Part shown: piece by piece, positions 53,504 to 62,877 of the stretch | How the letters are laid out: every line of letters starts with the position of its first letter | Position numbering within the stretch: position 1 is the first letter of the stretch | Assembly (NCBI GenBank): GCA_964650355.1 | Contig: CAZYTL010000006.1 | Location: 11,019 to 75,018, forward strand | Source of the DNA: an uncultured Gammaproteobacteria bacterium | GTDB taxonomy: Bacteria > Patescibacteriota > Microgenomatia > CAYXHB01 > CAZYTL01 | Direction: 5' to 3' | DNA: 64,000 nucleotides | The notes under the pieces: model-generated | Seen by the model: only the letters and a program-made list of their open reading frames with translations | Told to the model about the DNA's origin: nothing | The model's database searches: none | Translations under genes and position numbers: made by a program

Positions 53504-54889
53504 ATGAAAAAGGTGCTTTATAGTATAATGTTGATCGGGATTGTAGGAACTGTAGTTTACGCAGCCACCAATGCCTTTTTCAGCGATACGGAAACTTCGG
53601 TCGGGAATACGTTCGAAGCCGGAGCCATTGATTTGCAGATTGATAATGAGAGCTGGTATAACGGTGAGCCGCGCGAGGATTTATCCTGGGATTTAAGAGA
53701 TTTGACGATTGAAAAGTTCTTTGATTACGCGGATTTGAAACCCGGAGATTGGGGCGAAGATACAGTGAGTCTGCACGTGACCAGCAACCCGGCTTACGCG
53801 TGTGTAGCTTTCCGGATTACGGAAAACAGTGACAACGGGATTACTGAGCCTGAAGACGAAGTTGACGGCAATATTGACCAGGCTGACGGCACGGCTGACG
53901 GTGATCTGGCCCAAGAACTGCATTTCGCTTTCTGGGTAGATGACGGAGACAACGTGCTGGAAGACAATGAGGTTGAATCGCTGGTGGGAGGCCAGGCGGC
54001 TGATGTGTTTGAACAAGGCATATATGCTTTGGCTGATTCCCAGGGCGGGTTGTTTGAAGAAGCGTTGCAGCCGGAAACCGATTATTACATTGGCAAGGCC
54101 TGGTGTTACGGAGACATGAGTCCGGAGCCGGTACCAGCCGGACAAAGCGAGGATCCAAGTGTGGCATCAGGAATTACCTGTAACGGGCAGCCGGTGAGTA
54201 ATATTTCCCAGACAGACAAGTTGGTGGGGGATATTCAGTTCTACGCGGTGCAGACCAGGCACAATGAAGAGTTCCTGTGTAGCAGGGATTATGAACCTAC
54301 ATGGCCAAGACAAATCACGTCAACTACTGGTGACGGCTGGGCAAGCGTGGGTGGAGATTTCACCGAAGCTTGGCAAGCCGACGGTCGCTGGGGTGACGGA
54401 GGGACTTCCAATGCAGAAAATGAAGTTCGTGTTGGACTGGCTGGCGGTGGAAGCCCACAAGCTCAACACCAGAGCGATAACTCTACCGGCCCTTGGAGAA
54501 ATGGGGTAACTGAAAGCTTTACTCTCACCTATGACGGTGGGACTGAAGCAGCCTTGACTATCGGTGATACCACGGCAGATACCACAGTTGACTTACCTTT
54601 GGGTGATGTTCCCGGTGCTAACGGAAAAATCGGGATTACAGTCAAGACTTACGTGGATGATACCGAAGTTAAAGTTGAAAACGTAAAACTTGACGGGATG
54701 TCTCCAGTAGGTCCTGACAGCGTTAGCGAATCAGTCAATGGATCAAAAGAATACCTGGTCATCAGTGGCCTGACAGAGTTGTCTGACGGGTTCACTTTGA
54801 CAGGTGATTTGACATTCACTTGGGGCGGAACAACGCCTTCCTCAGCAGAGGATATGTCCATGCTCATCCAAGTGGAAAATGCGCCTTAG
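53504..54889 (+). CDS. TasA/camelysin-like protein with SipW-cognate signal peptide and extra C-terminal domain
   Basis: MKKVLYSIMLIGIVGTVVYAATNAFFSDTETSVGNTFEAGAIDLQIDN and shared paralog blocks. About 170 aa of additional C-terminal sequence. Confidence 0.7.
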   Translation: MKKVLYSIMLIGIVGTVVYAATNAFFSDTETSVGNTFEAGAIDLQIDNESWYNGEPREDLSWDLRDLTIEKFFDYADLKPGDWGEDTVSLHVTSNPAYACVAFRITENSDNGITEPEDEVDGNIDQADGTADGDLAQELHFAFWVDDGDNVLEDNEVESLVGGQAADVFEQGIYALADSQGGLFEEALQPETDYYIGKAWCYGDMSPEPVPAGQSEDPSVASGITCNGQPVSNISQTDKLVGDIQFYAVQTRHNEEFLCSRDYEPTWPRQITSTTGDGWASVGGDFTEAWQADGRWGDGGTSNAENEVRVGLAGGGSPQAQHQSDNSTGPWRNGVTESFTLTYDGGTEAALTIGDTTADTTVDLPLGDVPGANGKIGITVKTYVDDTEVKVENVKLDGMSPVGPDSVSESVNGSKEYLVISGLTELSDGFTLTGDLTFTWGGTTPSSAEDMSMLIQVENAP

Positions 54890-54923
54890 TTTTGAGACTA
54901 AGTCTGCCCAATTTAACTTGGAG

Positions 54924-54986
54924 GTTGCCAAGTCTTTGGAGGCTTGGCAATCTGCCGCAGTCCCGAAGGGAATCGGGGTTGCGGCA
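54924..54986 (+). terminator. two consecutive hairpins (TTGCCAAG-N10-CTTGGCAA; CTGCCGCA-N20-TGCGGCAG) after the third TasA-like gene
   Basis: Perfect 8-bp stems read directly from the sequence, 35 nt after the stop. Confidence 0.4.
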
Positions 54987-54994
54987 GGTTAGTT

Positions 54995-55037
54995 AGAGAT
55001 CCTTCGATCCACCAAATGGCGGACTCAGGATGACATG
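54995..55037. repeat. repeat family A, degenerate copy (GAGATCCTTCGATCC...GGACTCAGGATGACATG)
   Basis: Read directly from the sequence. Confidence 0.4.
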
Positions 55038-55182
55038 AATTAATATTAAATTGAGGAATGTCAATTTCCGCAAATTTACCGCGGAATTACCGCAGCCTAG
55101 TGGGTGGGCTGTCAAAGCCTTGATTGAACGTAGGTCTTGTCATTCTGGAACAAGCCAGGTGCCAGAAGATACCTGGCGCAGT

Positions 55183-55245
55183 GATAGAATCTCGGAGATC
55201 CTATCGGCCCGATAAGAATCGGACCTCCAGGATGACGGAAGGCGT
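55183..55245. repeat. repeat family A copy with internal expansion (GATAGAATC..GGAGATCCTATCGGCCCGATAAGAATCGGACCTCCAGGATGACGGAAGGCGTCAT)
   Basis: Read directly from the sequence. Contains ATGACG/CGTCAT and ATCGG/CCGAT inverted repeats. Confidence 0.5.
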
Positions 55246-55327
55246 CATGTTAATCAGGGTTTTGACAGCTTAACTACATGATAAATGTGATTTGGAGTTG
55301 TGTACTTTGAGGCTAATTTAGCCTTAA

Positions 55328-55362
55328 GGGGATCCTATCGCTACGCTCCAGGATGACGGGGG
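55328..55362. repeat. repeat family A copy (GGGGATCCTATCGCTACGCTCCAGGATGACGGGGGG)
   Basis: Read directly from the sequence. Confidence 0.5.
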
Positions 55363-55429
55363 GAGTAAGTCCTGCTGTTAGTTTAAGCTGGCGACAAGTT
55401 CCTGGACAAAAGTGAAGGGACTTGCAAAA

Positions 55430-55545
55430 ACCTTAGAACCTATCATGGTGAACCGATGCTAAATTCGGTTCTCATGGTTGATCTGCCGAGCTCTCCTGTC
55501 CTGTAAAAAGAGTTTGGTGCCGGAGATTCGGCGGGCAACCACAGT
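55430..55545 (+). repeat. repeat family B copy
   Basis: CCTTAGAACCT...CTGCCGAGCTCTCCTGTCC...GTGCCGGAGATTCGGCGGGCA. Confidence 0.4.
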
Positions 55546-55649
55546 TCTGCAAACCTGTCTGCATGCCGGGTAAAATAGGAGTTGAAGGATTGTGGCAGCC
55601 GAAGTAAAACCTTACTGAGCAATAAAAGGTTATAATTAAGGGGAAACTT

Positions 55650-56000
55650 ATGGCTGTTCTGTTAACGGGAGAGATCCTTGACGAGATAAGGACCAAGGGG
55701 GAGGAGATGGAAATGGGGTATTATTTCCGTCTTGGTCCGGACATTTATATCAGAATCACTAATCCGGAAGAAGAGATCCCGGAAGCAGGTAGAGGTGGCA
55801 TAGAGGAGCGGGTTGATGACTCAGGCACTTACGAAGTACTGAATGACCCGACGATGATGCAATTTATCAGCGATTTTCATGATCCTAGCCGGATTAAAGA
55901 GACCCGAGGTTATTTGCTACCTATTTTAGTGCCAAGAGGATTTATGTTATTAACTGCTCAACGGGATTTTTTCCGTAGAATTCCCGAGGAATTTCAGTAG
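55650..56000 (+). CDS. hypothetical protein
   Basis: 116-aa ORF with a weak SD and no recognised family. Confidence 0.35.
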   Translation: MAVLLTGEILDEIRTKGEEMEMGYYFRLGPDIYIRITNPEEEIPEAGRGGIEERVDDSGTYEVLNDPTMMQFISDFHDPSRIKETRGYLLPILVPRGFMLLTAQRDFFRRIPEEFQ

Positions 56001-56049
56001 CCGTATCACGTAATACGTAGCACGTAACAATATATTAATTCCTGATTCA

Positions 56050-57165
56050 TTGTTAAATACTATGCAGTCTTTACATTACTTATTCAGAATTTTTCAATTA
56101 TTAGTGACTATTTTGGTGGTGGTGTTCGCCGGGGTGCTGATTCTGACGGCTTTGCCGGTGAAAGGGAATATTAAATTGTTAACGGTGCTGTCCGGTTCAA
56201 TGGGGCCCACGATTCCGGTGGGCAGCGCGGTGTTGATCAAGCCGGTTGATCATTACCTAACCAATGAGGTGATTACTTATGCCCGCGGGGGCAATGAAAA
56301 GCAGCTGGTAACGCACAGGATTGTGGCTACGCAGTTTGTGAACGGGGAAAAGCAGTATATTACTAAAGGAGACGCCAACGAGGATCCGGATCCGGCCGTG
56401 GTAAAAGCTGATCAGGTGAAGGGGCAGGTGTTGCTGACGGTGCCGTATCTGGGATATGTGGCGAATTGGATCAAGACGCCGGCCGGGTTTGTGAGTCTGA
56501 TTGTGTTGCCGGCGGCGATTTTGATTTACGGAGAGTTGATGGCAGTGAAAAATGAGATGGTGAGAGCATGGAAGAAAAGGCATTTGGGAGTGCTGGCGTT
56601 GTTAGTGGTGATAGCGGCCGGATGGCAGTTAAACAGTAATACTCAGGCGATGCTGGAAGACAGGGAAGTGAGCGAGATGAATACGATCCAGGCGTGGGTA
56701 GAAGGTACGGCCGTGGAAGTTCAGACGGACGGAACGCAGGAAACAACCCCGACAGGTGAGCCGTCTCCAACGCCTCCTGAAGGAGCCAATTTGGTGATTA
56801 ATGAGTTGTTAGCCAATCCTCAAACAGATTTTACTTATGAATGGGTGGAAATTTATAATCCCACCGGAGCGGATGTGGATCTGACTGACTGGGCGTTGAA
56901 GGATGCGGCAAATCCTGCAAAAAGTTTATCCGGATTAGGGACAATTTCGGCCGGAGGATTTAAGGTTTATAGCGACCATAATTGGTTAAATAATAGTGGG
57001 AGTGAAACTTTGCAATTAATGTTTCCGGGTACCAATGTAGTAGACGAGGTCACATACACTGGCACGTCAGCTGACGTGTCGCATGGTAGGGAAACTGACG
57101 GAGGGCTGCCGTGGAAAGACTGCGGCACGGCAACTCAAGGCAGTTCGAATAATGGCAGCTGCTAA
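56050..57165 (+). CDS. SipW-type (archaeal-type) signal peptidase I fused to a C-terminal lamin-tail domain
   Basis: N-terminal TM segment, then LSGSMGPTIPVGSAVLIKP...VTHRIV...ITKGDANEDPDPAVV (catalytic Ser/His region of SipW-like SPases). The C-terminus (LVINELLANPQTDFTYEWVEIYNPTGADVDLTDWAL) is an LTD signature. Confidence 0.75.
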   Translation: MLNTMQSLHYLFRIFQLLVTILVVVFAGVLILTALPVKGNIKLLTVLSGSMGPTIPVGSAVLIKPVDHYLTNEVITYARGGNEKQLVTHRIVATQFVNGEKQYITKGDANEDPDPAVVKADQVKGQVLLTVPYLGYVANWIKTPAGFVSLIVLPAAILIYGELMAVKNEMVRAWKKRHLGVLALLVVIAAGWQLNSNTQAMLEDREVSEMNTIQAWVEGTAVEVQTDGTQETTPTGEPSPTPPEGANLVINELLANPQTDFTYEWVEIYNPTGADVDLTDWALKDAANPAKSLSGLGTISAGGFKVYSDHNWLNNSGSETLQLMFPGTNVVDEVTYTGTSADVSHGRETDGGLPWKDCGTATQGSSNNGSC

Positions 57166-57175
57166 ATGAATCAGG

Positions 57176-58324
57176 ATGTTAAAAAGGCGAATTTTAACTA
57201 TTTTATTTTTGGCTTTGTTGGTAGGGATCGGTTGGTGGGGAGTGGATCACCAGGGGTGGTTGATTCAGGCGGCCGGACCGCTGGTGGTGACCTGGGAGGA
57301 CACGCCATTGTTTTATGTGACTAATATGCTGCCCGGAGACAGCGAGTCCAAGACGATCGGATTTGATAATCAAAAGGACCAGAGTGTGCAGATCGGGTTA
57401 AGAGCGATAAAAGTGGAAGAGGATCCGACTGATCCGGCGATTTCTCAGGTGTTGGATGTGGTAGTGGAAAAGGTGGGAGGAAGTGTGTTGTATGGACAGG
57501 GTAGTCCGGGCGGAGCAAAGACGTTGGCAGATTTGTTAATGGAATTTGACGGCAGCGACTCGCTGGTGTTGGGAACTTTGGCGCCTGGAGATAAAGCTGA
57601 TTACATGATGACGGTGGAGATGCCTACATGGGTCGGGAATGAATACCAGGGCGCCAAGGTGGTGTTTAATTTGCAGGTGATTACTGATCATAAGGCCTTG
57701 GATTTGCCGCCGGAATGTGAGCATTTGAGAGGCACGATCACGGCAGTGATTGAAGGCACGGAGGGGAAGGATGTGCTGCGAGGGACTTCGGCCAATGAGC
57801 TGATTATCGGATACGGAGAAAAGGATAATATCAAAGGCAATGGAGGCGATGATTGCCTGGTGGGAGGAGACGGGGATGACCATATTAACGGGGGAACAGG
57901 GAATGATGTGCTGATCGGGGGAGAAGGTAATGATGATTTGGACGGGCATTTTGGCAATGATTTGATCTACGGAGGCAATGGAAATGATTTGCTGAAAGGC
58001 AAGCAGGGACAGGATGTGTTTTACGCCGGAGAAGGGGATGACAAAGTGCGTGCCGGGTCAGGCGAAGACCTGATTTTCGGAGGACCAGGGAATGACCAAT
58101 TGGAAGGAGGAGGAGACGATGATTTGATTTTTGGGGAAGCGGGAAATGACATGATTAAAGGTGACAGTGGGGATGATGTGATTGAAGGGGGACAGGGAGA
58201 TGATGACATGAACGGCAACAGCGGGGATGATCATTTGACCGGGGATGCGGACACGGACAAGGCTAACGGGAGCTCGGGAACTGATACCTGCGACGCGGAG
58301 ACGGAAATTCACTGCGAGCTATGA
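57176..58324 (+). CDS. membrane-anchored protein with RTX-type (GGxGxDxUx) calcium-binding repeats
   Basis: N-terminal TM helix and a central domain. The C-terminal array (GGDGDDHINGGTGNDVLIGGEGNDDLDG...) is a run of hemolysin-type repeats. Confidence 0.6.
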   Translation: MLKRRILTILFLALLVGIGWWGVDHQGWLIQAAGPLVVTWEDTPLFYVTNMLPGDSESKTIGFDNQKDQSVQIGLRAIKVEEDPTDPAISQVLDVVVEKVGGSVLYGQGSPGGAKTLADLLMEFDGSDSLVLGTLAPGDKADYMMTVEMPTWVGNEYQGAKVVFNLQVITDHKALDLPPECEHLRGTITAVIEGTEGKDVLRGTSANELIIGYGEKDNIKGNGGDDCLVGGDGDDHINGGTGNDVLIGGEGNDDLDGHFGNDLIYGGNGNDLLKGKQGQDVFYAGEGDDKVRAGSGEDLIFGGPGNDQLEGGGDDDLIFGEAGNDMIKGDSGDDVIEGGQGDDDMNGNSGDDHLTGDADTDKANGSSGTDTCDAETEIHCEL

Positions 58325-58393
58325 TCAGCGGTCAGAAGAAGGTAATCCTGACCAGGTGATGACAAATGAGGTATAATTTGACTGGAGTCTAAT

Positions 58394-59695
58394 ATGTCTG
58401 AAGGAATGACCGGGCAGGTGGAAGTACGGAAAGGGCCACGAGCGCAAGCCTTAACACCTCTTTATGAAAAGGCAATGGAGGCGGCAGGCGCGCCGTTGCC
58501 CGCACTCTCGTCTGATAGATTACTGGAATGCTCAACGAAAATCGACAAGGAAAGAAGCGATCCCAAATTTGTTCTAGATGGAGATGATTTGCGAGATATA
58601 TTGGAAATACATGGGATAAACGGCTTTTTACGAGATCAAGTGGTTGACCAAGTAAGCGGACTGCGAAGTGATGTGGAAACCCTCACCAACGCTCACCCTG
58701 ACCGGCAGACGAATATCTCCCTGATCTTGTCAACACTGCGAGAACAATCGCGAGTGCAACAGGCATGGGAGGCGGTACCAAACGAAATACAAAAATTGGT
58801 GGCAGATTATAATGAGCGCTGGACGCCAGGAAGGCGACAATGGACGGTGAGAAAAAACATGGGTGGGGGAAAATTCGTAGAAGAGGAGGGGAAGGAAACT
58901 CAAGAAGAAGCCGATGCAAGGCTGCAAAAAAATAAAGATAAGTTAGGAATATGGAAAAGTGTAGCGGTAACTGATGAACAGCGATATTTATTGCCTGCAG
59001 TGAAGTTTCTGAACAAAGAATTTTCTGTCGACAAGCTGACAGAGTTAGGTTATACAAATGAGGTCAGGGAGCGATTAATCCAGATGATGAAACTTCTGGA
59101 TGATCCCGAGGCCTATCCAGAACTCCAAAAGACATATCCGACCACAGTTTGGAAGCATAGAGATGAATTCTATTATTCAAGACTGGCCCAAATAGCGATG
59201 CCGTTGGTAGAGGCACAAATAAAGGAAGAAAAAAGGAATCGGAATACCGTTCTCGTAGAGACGGCAGCGCAAACCATGAGATCAATGCGAGAAAGAGGAG
59301 GAGGTAACCCCCAAGCACAGGATACAGGTTTGGCAGATCTCTATGCTGACCTTCAATTATTAGCGCGGTCTGATAATGAGAACCGGATACGAAGACAAGG
59401 AGGAAAGTTAGTTGGCACGCAAAGAGAAGACCAGATTCAAGCGCGAAAGCAATTAGTGCAAAAAATAAGATCCAGATTGGGTAACCATTTACCCGGGGTG
59501 ATGATAGTAGGGAATCAGGGATATGAAGGAGTAAGTCTTGACGGTCAAATGTATGACGGATCTAATCCGGCAATGACTTTCTGGTTGGCAAGAAAGCTAG
59601 AAACCCGGCTGTCGGACAAGAGCCACCTGCGACAGATACCTTTGGCCCGGTTACAAGAGTGGCAACAAGGAAAAGCCGAGTTAAAAGAAGAGTAA
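58394..59695 (+). CDS. hypothetical protein (433 aa)
   Basis: Long ORF with charged/helical composition and no recognised family. Confidence 0.45.
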   Translation: MSEGMTGQVEVRKGPRAQALTPLYEKAMEAAGAPLPALSSDRLLECSTKIDKERSDPKFVLDGDDLRDILEIHGINGFLRDQVVDQVSGLRSDVETLTNAHPDRQTNISLILSTLREQSRVQQAWEAVPNEIQKLVADYNERWTPGRRQWTVRKNMGGGKFVEEEGKETQEEADARLQKNKDKLGIWKSVAVTDEQRYLLPAVKFLNKEFSVDKLTELGYTNEVRERLIQMMKLLDDPEAYPELQKTYPTTVWKHRDEFYYSRLAQIAMPLVEAQIKEEKRNRNTVLVETAAQTMRSMRERGGGNPQAQDTGLADLYADLQLLARSDNENRIRRQGGKLVGTQREDQIQARKQLVQKIRSRLGNHLPGVMIVGNQGYEGVSLDGQMYDGSNPAMTFWLARKLETRLSDKSHLRQIPLARLQEWQQGKAELKEE

Positions 59696-59872
59696 ACCAC
59701 GAAGAGAGACTTAAATTAGCCGAGGATACAGGAGGATGGTTTAGAGGACGAGCGACTATCTAATGGCTTGGTTGACAAAGGGGACCTTTGGTGGAATAAG
59801 TGAGGAGGATGTGTGGGGTGAACTTTTTACATTGATTGACGAGACCTATAGATATAATTTATAATAGTTTGG

Positions 59873-60364
59873 ATGGGAACGGAGTATCGCTTAATCACAG
59901 CAATTGAGGAAAGAAATCTTACGAAAAGAGCGCGTTTTGTTAATTGGGTAATGGATAAAGAAACCTTTTTGGGAGTAGTTTGGACGGCGAATACCCGCCA
60001 CTCACTATTGAGATTATCTCCTCCTTTTGAATCGTTAGTGATAAAGCCTCGAGGTTGGAAGGAGATCTCAGTCGTGAATGAAGGAAGAGAAGAATTCTAC
60101 TGGGACAGAAATAAGATAGGGGCGCTTCTACCTCCAGAGGAAGAGAAGATACTGTCTTTAACGTCAGGAGAGCAAGGTCGTATTATGAAGGCGGGTACTG
60201 ATCTGGAGAGAGCGATTGTGGCCAGAATAAATGTGAGAGGAGCCTTGGATAATCTAAACTTAGCAAATCCCATGGCGGATCTACAGTCAGGAGAATTTTT
60301 CAACTTATGGTGGATGGGATATGTAAGAAGGATAAGCGGAGAGCTTGCTCAATTGGCTGGTTGA
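59873..60364 (+). CDS. hypothetical protein
   Basis: 163-aa ORF. The 3' end overlaps the end of the convergent large minus-strand gene. Confidence 0.3.
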   Translation: MGTEYRLITAIEERNLTKRARFVNWVMDKETFLGVVWTANTRHSLLRLSPPFESLVIKPRGWKEISVVNEGREEFYWDRNKIGALLPPEEEKILSLTSGEQGRIMKAGTDLERAIVARINVRGALDNLNLANPMADLQSGEFFNLWWMGYVRRISGELAQLAG

Positions 60365-62820
60365 TCGAGAGTGTCTCTCATCCAGATCTGGAGGTGGGGA
60401 TGATCAAAGACGGAAAAGGTTTCTTCGGCCAAGGCTTCGTCGGTGATGGCGAAAGGCCCGATGCGGGGAGCGTTATAGAAGTCGGCGACTTTGGTGAAGC
60501 CCAGGTCTCCGGAAAACAGTTGCTGGTAAAATTTAGCGGCTTGAGGAAATTGGTCTGGGTGATCAAGGGTATGTTTCCAGAGGCGACGGGAAAGGAGGAC
60601 GATGACGGCGGTTTGGGGAAGGGTAGCGGCTAGTTCCTGCTGACGTTGATAAGAGATGCTGGTTTCTGGAGGCAAAGATTCGTCGGATGATTGATCAAGT
60701 TCGTAAAAATTGAACAAGGTAATATGAGACATAAATCTCGGATTGAAGGGAATAATGCCCAGGTCCCAGACTTCGGAAATAATGCGGGAATTTTGCGGAA
60801 TATGTTGAACGGCCCACTGAGCGGCTTGGATGCGAGGATCAGGCTGAAGGTAGACGGAGAATAAAGACAAGCCTTGAATTACTTGCCAACCAATGATGAT
60901 CAAGAGAAACAGTGGGTATATTTTCAATCTTTTGTTTAATTGTTTCATGGTTTCATTGTTCCATTGTTGAAGTGCGATTAATATCCAAACAGCAGCAAAT
61001 ATCAAATAAGGCAGAGTGGGGATAGTATATCTAGTCCATTTGACGTAGAGTTGACCGATGAAGCCGAATTGGAGGAGGAAAAAGATCACTAGTAGGGAGG
61101 AAGCAGGAAGTAGAGATGGAGACGGTTTCGGAGTGCGGAGAGACAAAATTAGTCCGAGGAGACCCAGGATGAGTACTGGCCAGGAAAGGATCCAGGGGTA
61201 GACGTGGGTGAATTGGTAAAGGTAAGGGATGGTGTTAATAAAGTGACGGGTGTAGAAGGTGGAAATGGTGCCGCGGGCGATGTCGCCTTCGATACCGATA
61301 GAATAAGCAAAGGCAGGATTCAAATTATCCTCGGCTGATTTAATCAGTTCGAGAGGGTGGAGCAAAGTGTACGCTTCAGAAGATGGCTGAGGATGGACGG
61401 CTGGCGGGGGTGGAGGGTTGCCTCCTTTGTCTAAGGGAAGGAGGGCACGGAGAGTAAAAGGGTTAGTAACAAAGAAAATAACCGAACTGGCCAAAATCAG
61501 AGCGGATGATTTAAGAATGAGACTAAATAACCGGTTGACGAAGGCCGGAACCGGAGATTGGAAATAGGCGGGAGAAAGGGAAAGAGGAGCGAGAAGAGTG
61601 CGCGTTTTATGAAAGATGATTCTGGGAAGATTAATGAGCAGGAGGATGGTTTCCCAAACCCAATTAATGATGGAGCCGGCGGGAATACTTGATCCGTAAG
61701 CGGCAATGCCACAAGCCCAGAAGGCTAACAATGACCAAGCAAGATGGTAATCGCTGGTGACGACTAAAATCGACTGATAATCTGCCTGTTTAATTAGTTT
61801 GGTGACGGCTTGGGCGTTGCCCATGGTAGTATGAGACCGAGCTTCAAGGGTAAGATGGGAAGGCTTGACGCCGGCTTTAAGAGCCATCTCCTGCATAGCC
61901 TGAGCTTCGCTGGAGGCTGAATCAGAGAGGCGGTGCCCGGACCCGCCACTGAAGATCAGTTGCGGCGCCAAGCCCTGCTGGTAAAGTTTGAGGGCATGGC
62001 TAACCCTGTTTTTAAGCTCAACTGAAGGTTTACCAGAAGAAGATAAGGATTTGCCCAAGACCACAATGGCATCGTATTTTTCAAGATGAGAAGGATGGAC
62101 GGTTTGTTTGATTAACCACCAAAATAAGGCGAAACACAAAGCAGGAAGAAGGACAAGGCTGGTGACTTTAGTGCCCACGGCCAGACCAAGAAGCAGAGCG
62201 GCCCAGGTGATCCACTTCCAGGTGGGATTTCTGGCCAGTTCAAGAGCAACCACGAATAAGAGGAGGCGAAGAAAGGTGAGCCAGATCTCAAAGGTGCCGA
62301 AATGAGCGAACTGGATGAAACCAAAGCTAAAGGTGGTGAGAGTGGCGGATAAGAGAGGAATTAAGGTGGAGGGTTTAGGGTTTAGGGTGGATTTATTAAT
62401 GGGGCTAAAATATCTTTGGGTGATCCAATACATCAAAGGGATGAGAGCGGTAGAGAGGAGGGCGGAGATAATCCGACCGACTTTGATGGCAGTGAAAAAA
62501 GGGTCTTCAGTGACGCTCAGCCAGTGTTGAGCGGCTTTAACCAGGAAGAAGTTAAGGTAGATGGGCACGGTGCCGTAAGCAAAGAAATCAGGATCCATGT
62601 TATACGGCCAGCTGAGACGGGTGACGGCAGAGGCAATGTTGCGCTCGTCAGGATGGAACCACCAGGGTTCTCCCCAGTTGAGGTTGGTGAAGCGCAGGTA
62701 AGCGCCGATGAGGGTAAGGATGAACAATAAGAAGATTTCCACACGAATGAACCCGAATAGAACTCGAATTGGCGCGAAAAGGTGGCTTTTGTGTAGTGAC
62801 CGTAGGGATAGTTTACTCAT
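60349..62820 (-). CDS. GT-C (GT39/ArnT-like) membrane glycosyltransferase fused with an internal DUF218 (YdcF/SanA-like) domain
   Basis: The N-terminal region (LRFTNLNWGEPWWFHPDERNIASAV...) is typical of GT39/ArnT-family proteins. The mid-protein block (IVVLGKSLSSSGKPSVELKNRVSHALKLYQQGLAPQLIFSGGSG...VTSDYH) is a DUF218 signature. Many TM helices. Confidence 0.55.
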   Translation of the reverse strand: MSKLSLRSLHKSHLFAPIRVLFGFIRVEIFLLFILTLIGAYLRFTNLNWGEPWWFHPDERNIASAVTRLSWPYNMDPDFFAYGTVPIYLNFFLVKAAQHWLSVTEDPFFTAIKVGRIISALLSTALIPLMYWITQRYFSPINKSTLNPKPSTLIPLLSATLTTFSFGFIQFAHFGTFEIWLTFLRLLLFVVALELARNPTWKWITWAALLLGLAVGTKVTSLVLLPALCFALFWWLIKQTVHPSHLEKYDAIVVLGKSLSSSGKPSVELKNRVSHALKLYQQGLAPQLIFSGGSGHRLSDSASSEAQAMQEMALKAGVKPSHLTLEARSHTTMGNAQAVTKLIKQADYQSILVVTSDYHLAWSLLAFWACGIAAYGSSIPAGSIINWVWETILLLINLPRIIFHKTRTLLAPLSLSPAYFQSPVPAFVNRLFSLILKSSALILASSVIFFVTNPFTLRALLPLDKGGNPPPPPAVHPQPSSEAYTLLHPLELIKSAEDNLNPAFAYSIGIEGDIARGTISTFYTRHFINTIPYLYQFTHVYPWILSWPVLILGLLGLILSLRTPKPSPSLLPASSLLVIFFLLQFGFIGQLYVKWTRYTIPTLPYLIFAAVWILIALQQWNNETMKQLNKRLKIYPLFLLIIIGWQVIQGLSLFSVYLQPDPRIQAAQWAVQHIPQNSRIISEVWDLGIIPFNPRFMSHITLFNFYELDQSSDESLPPETSISYQRQQELAATLPQTAVIVLLSRRLWKHTLDHPDQFPQAAKFYQQLFSGDLGFTKVADFYNAPRIGPFAITDEALAEETFSVFDHPHLQIWMRDTLDQPAN

Positions 62821-62877
62821 GGTTGACTGTTTTATTTTAAGCCAGAGAAGAGGGTGAAGTGAAGGGATGACCAGACG

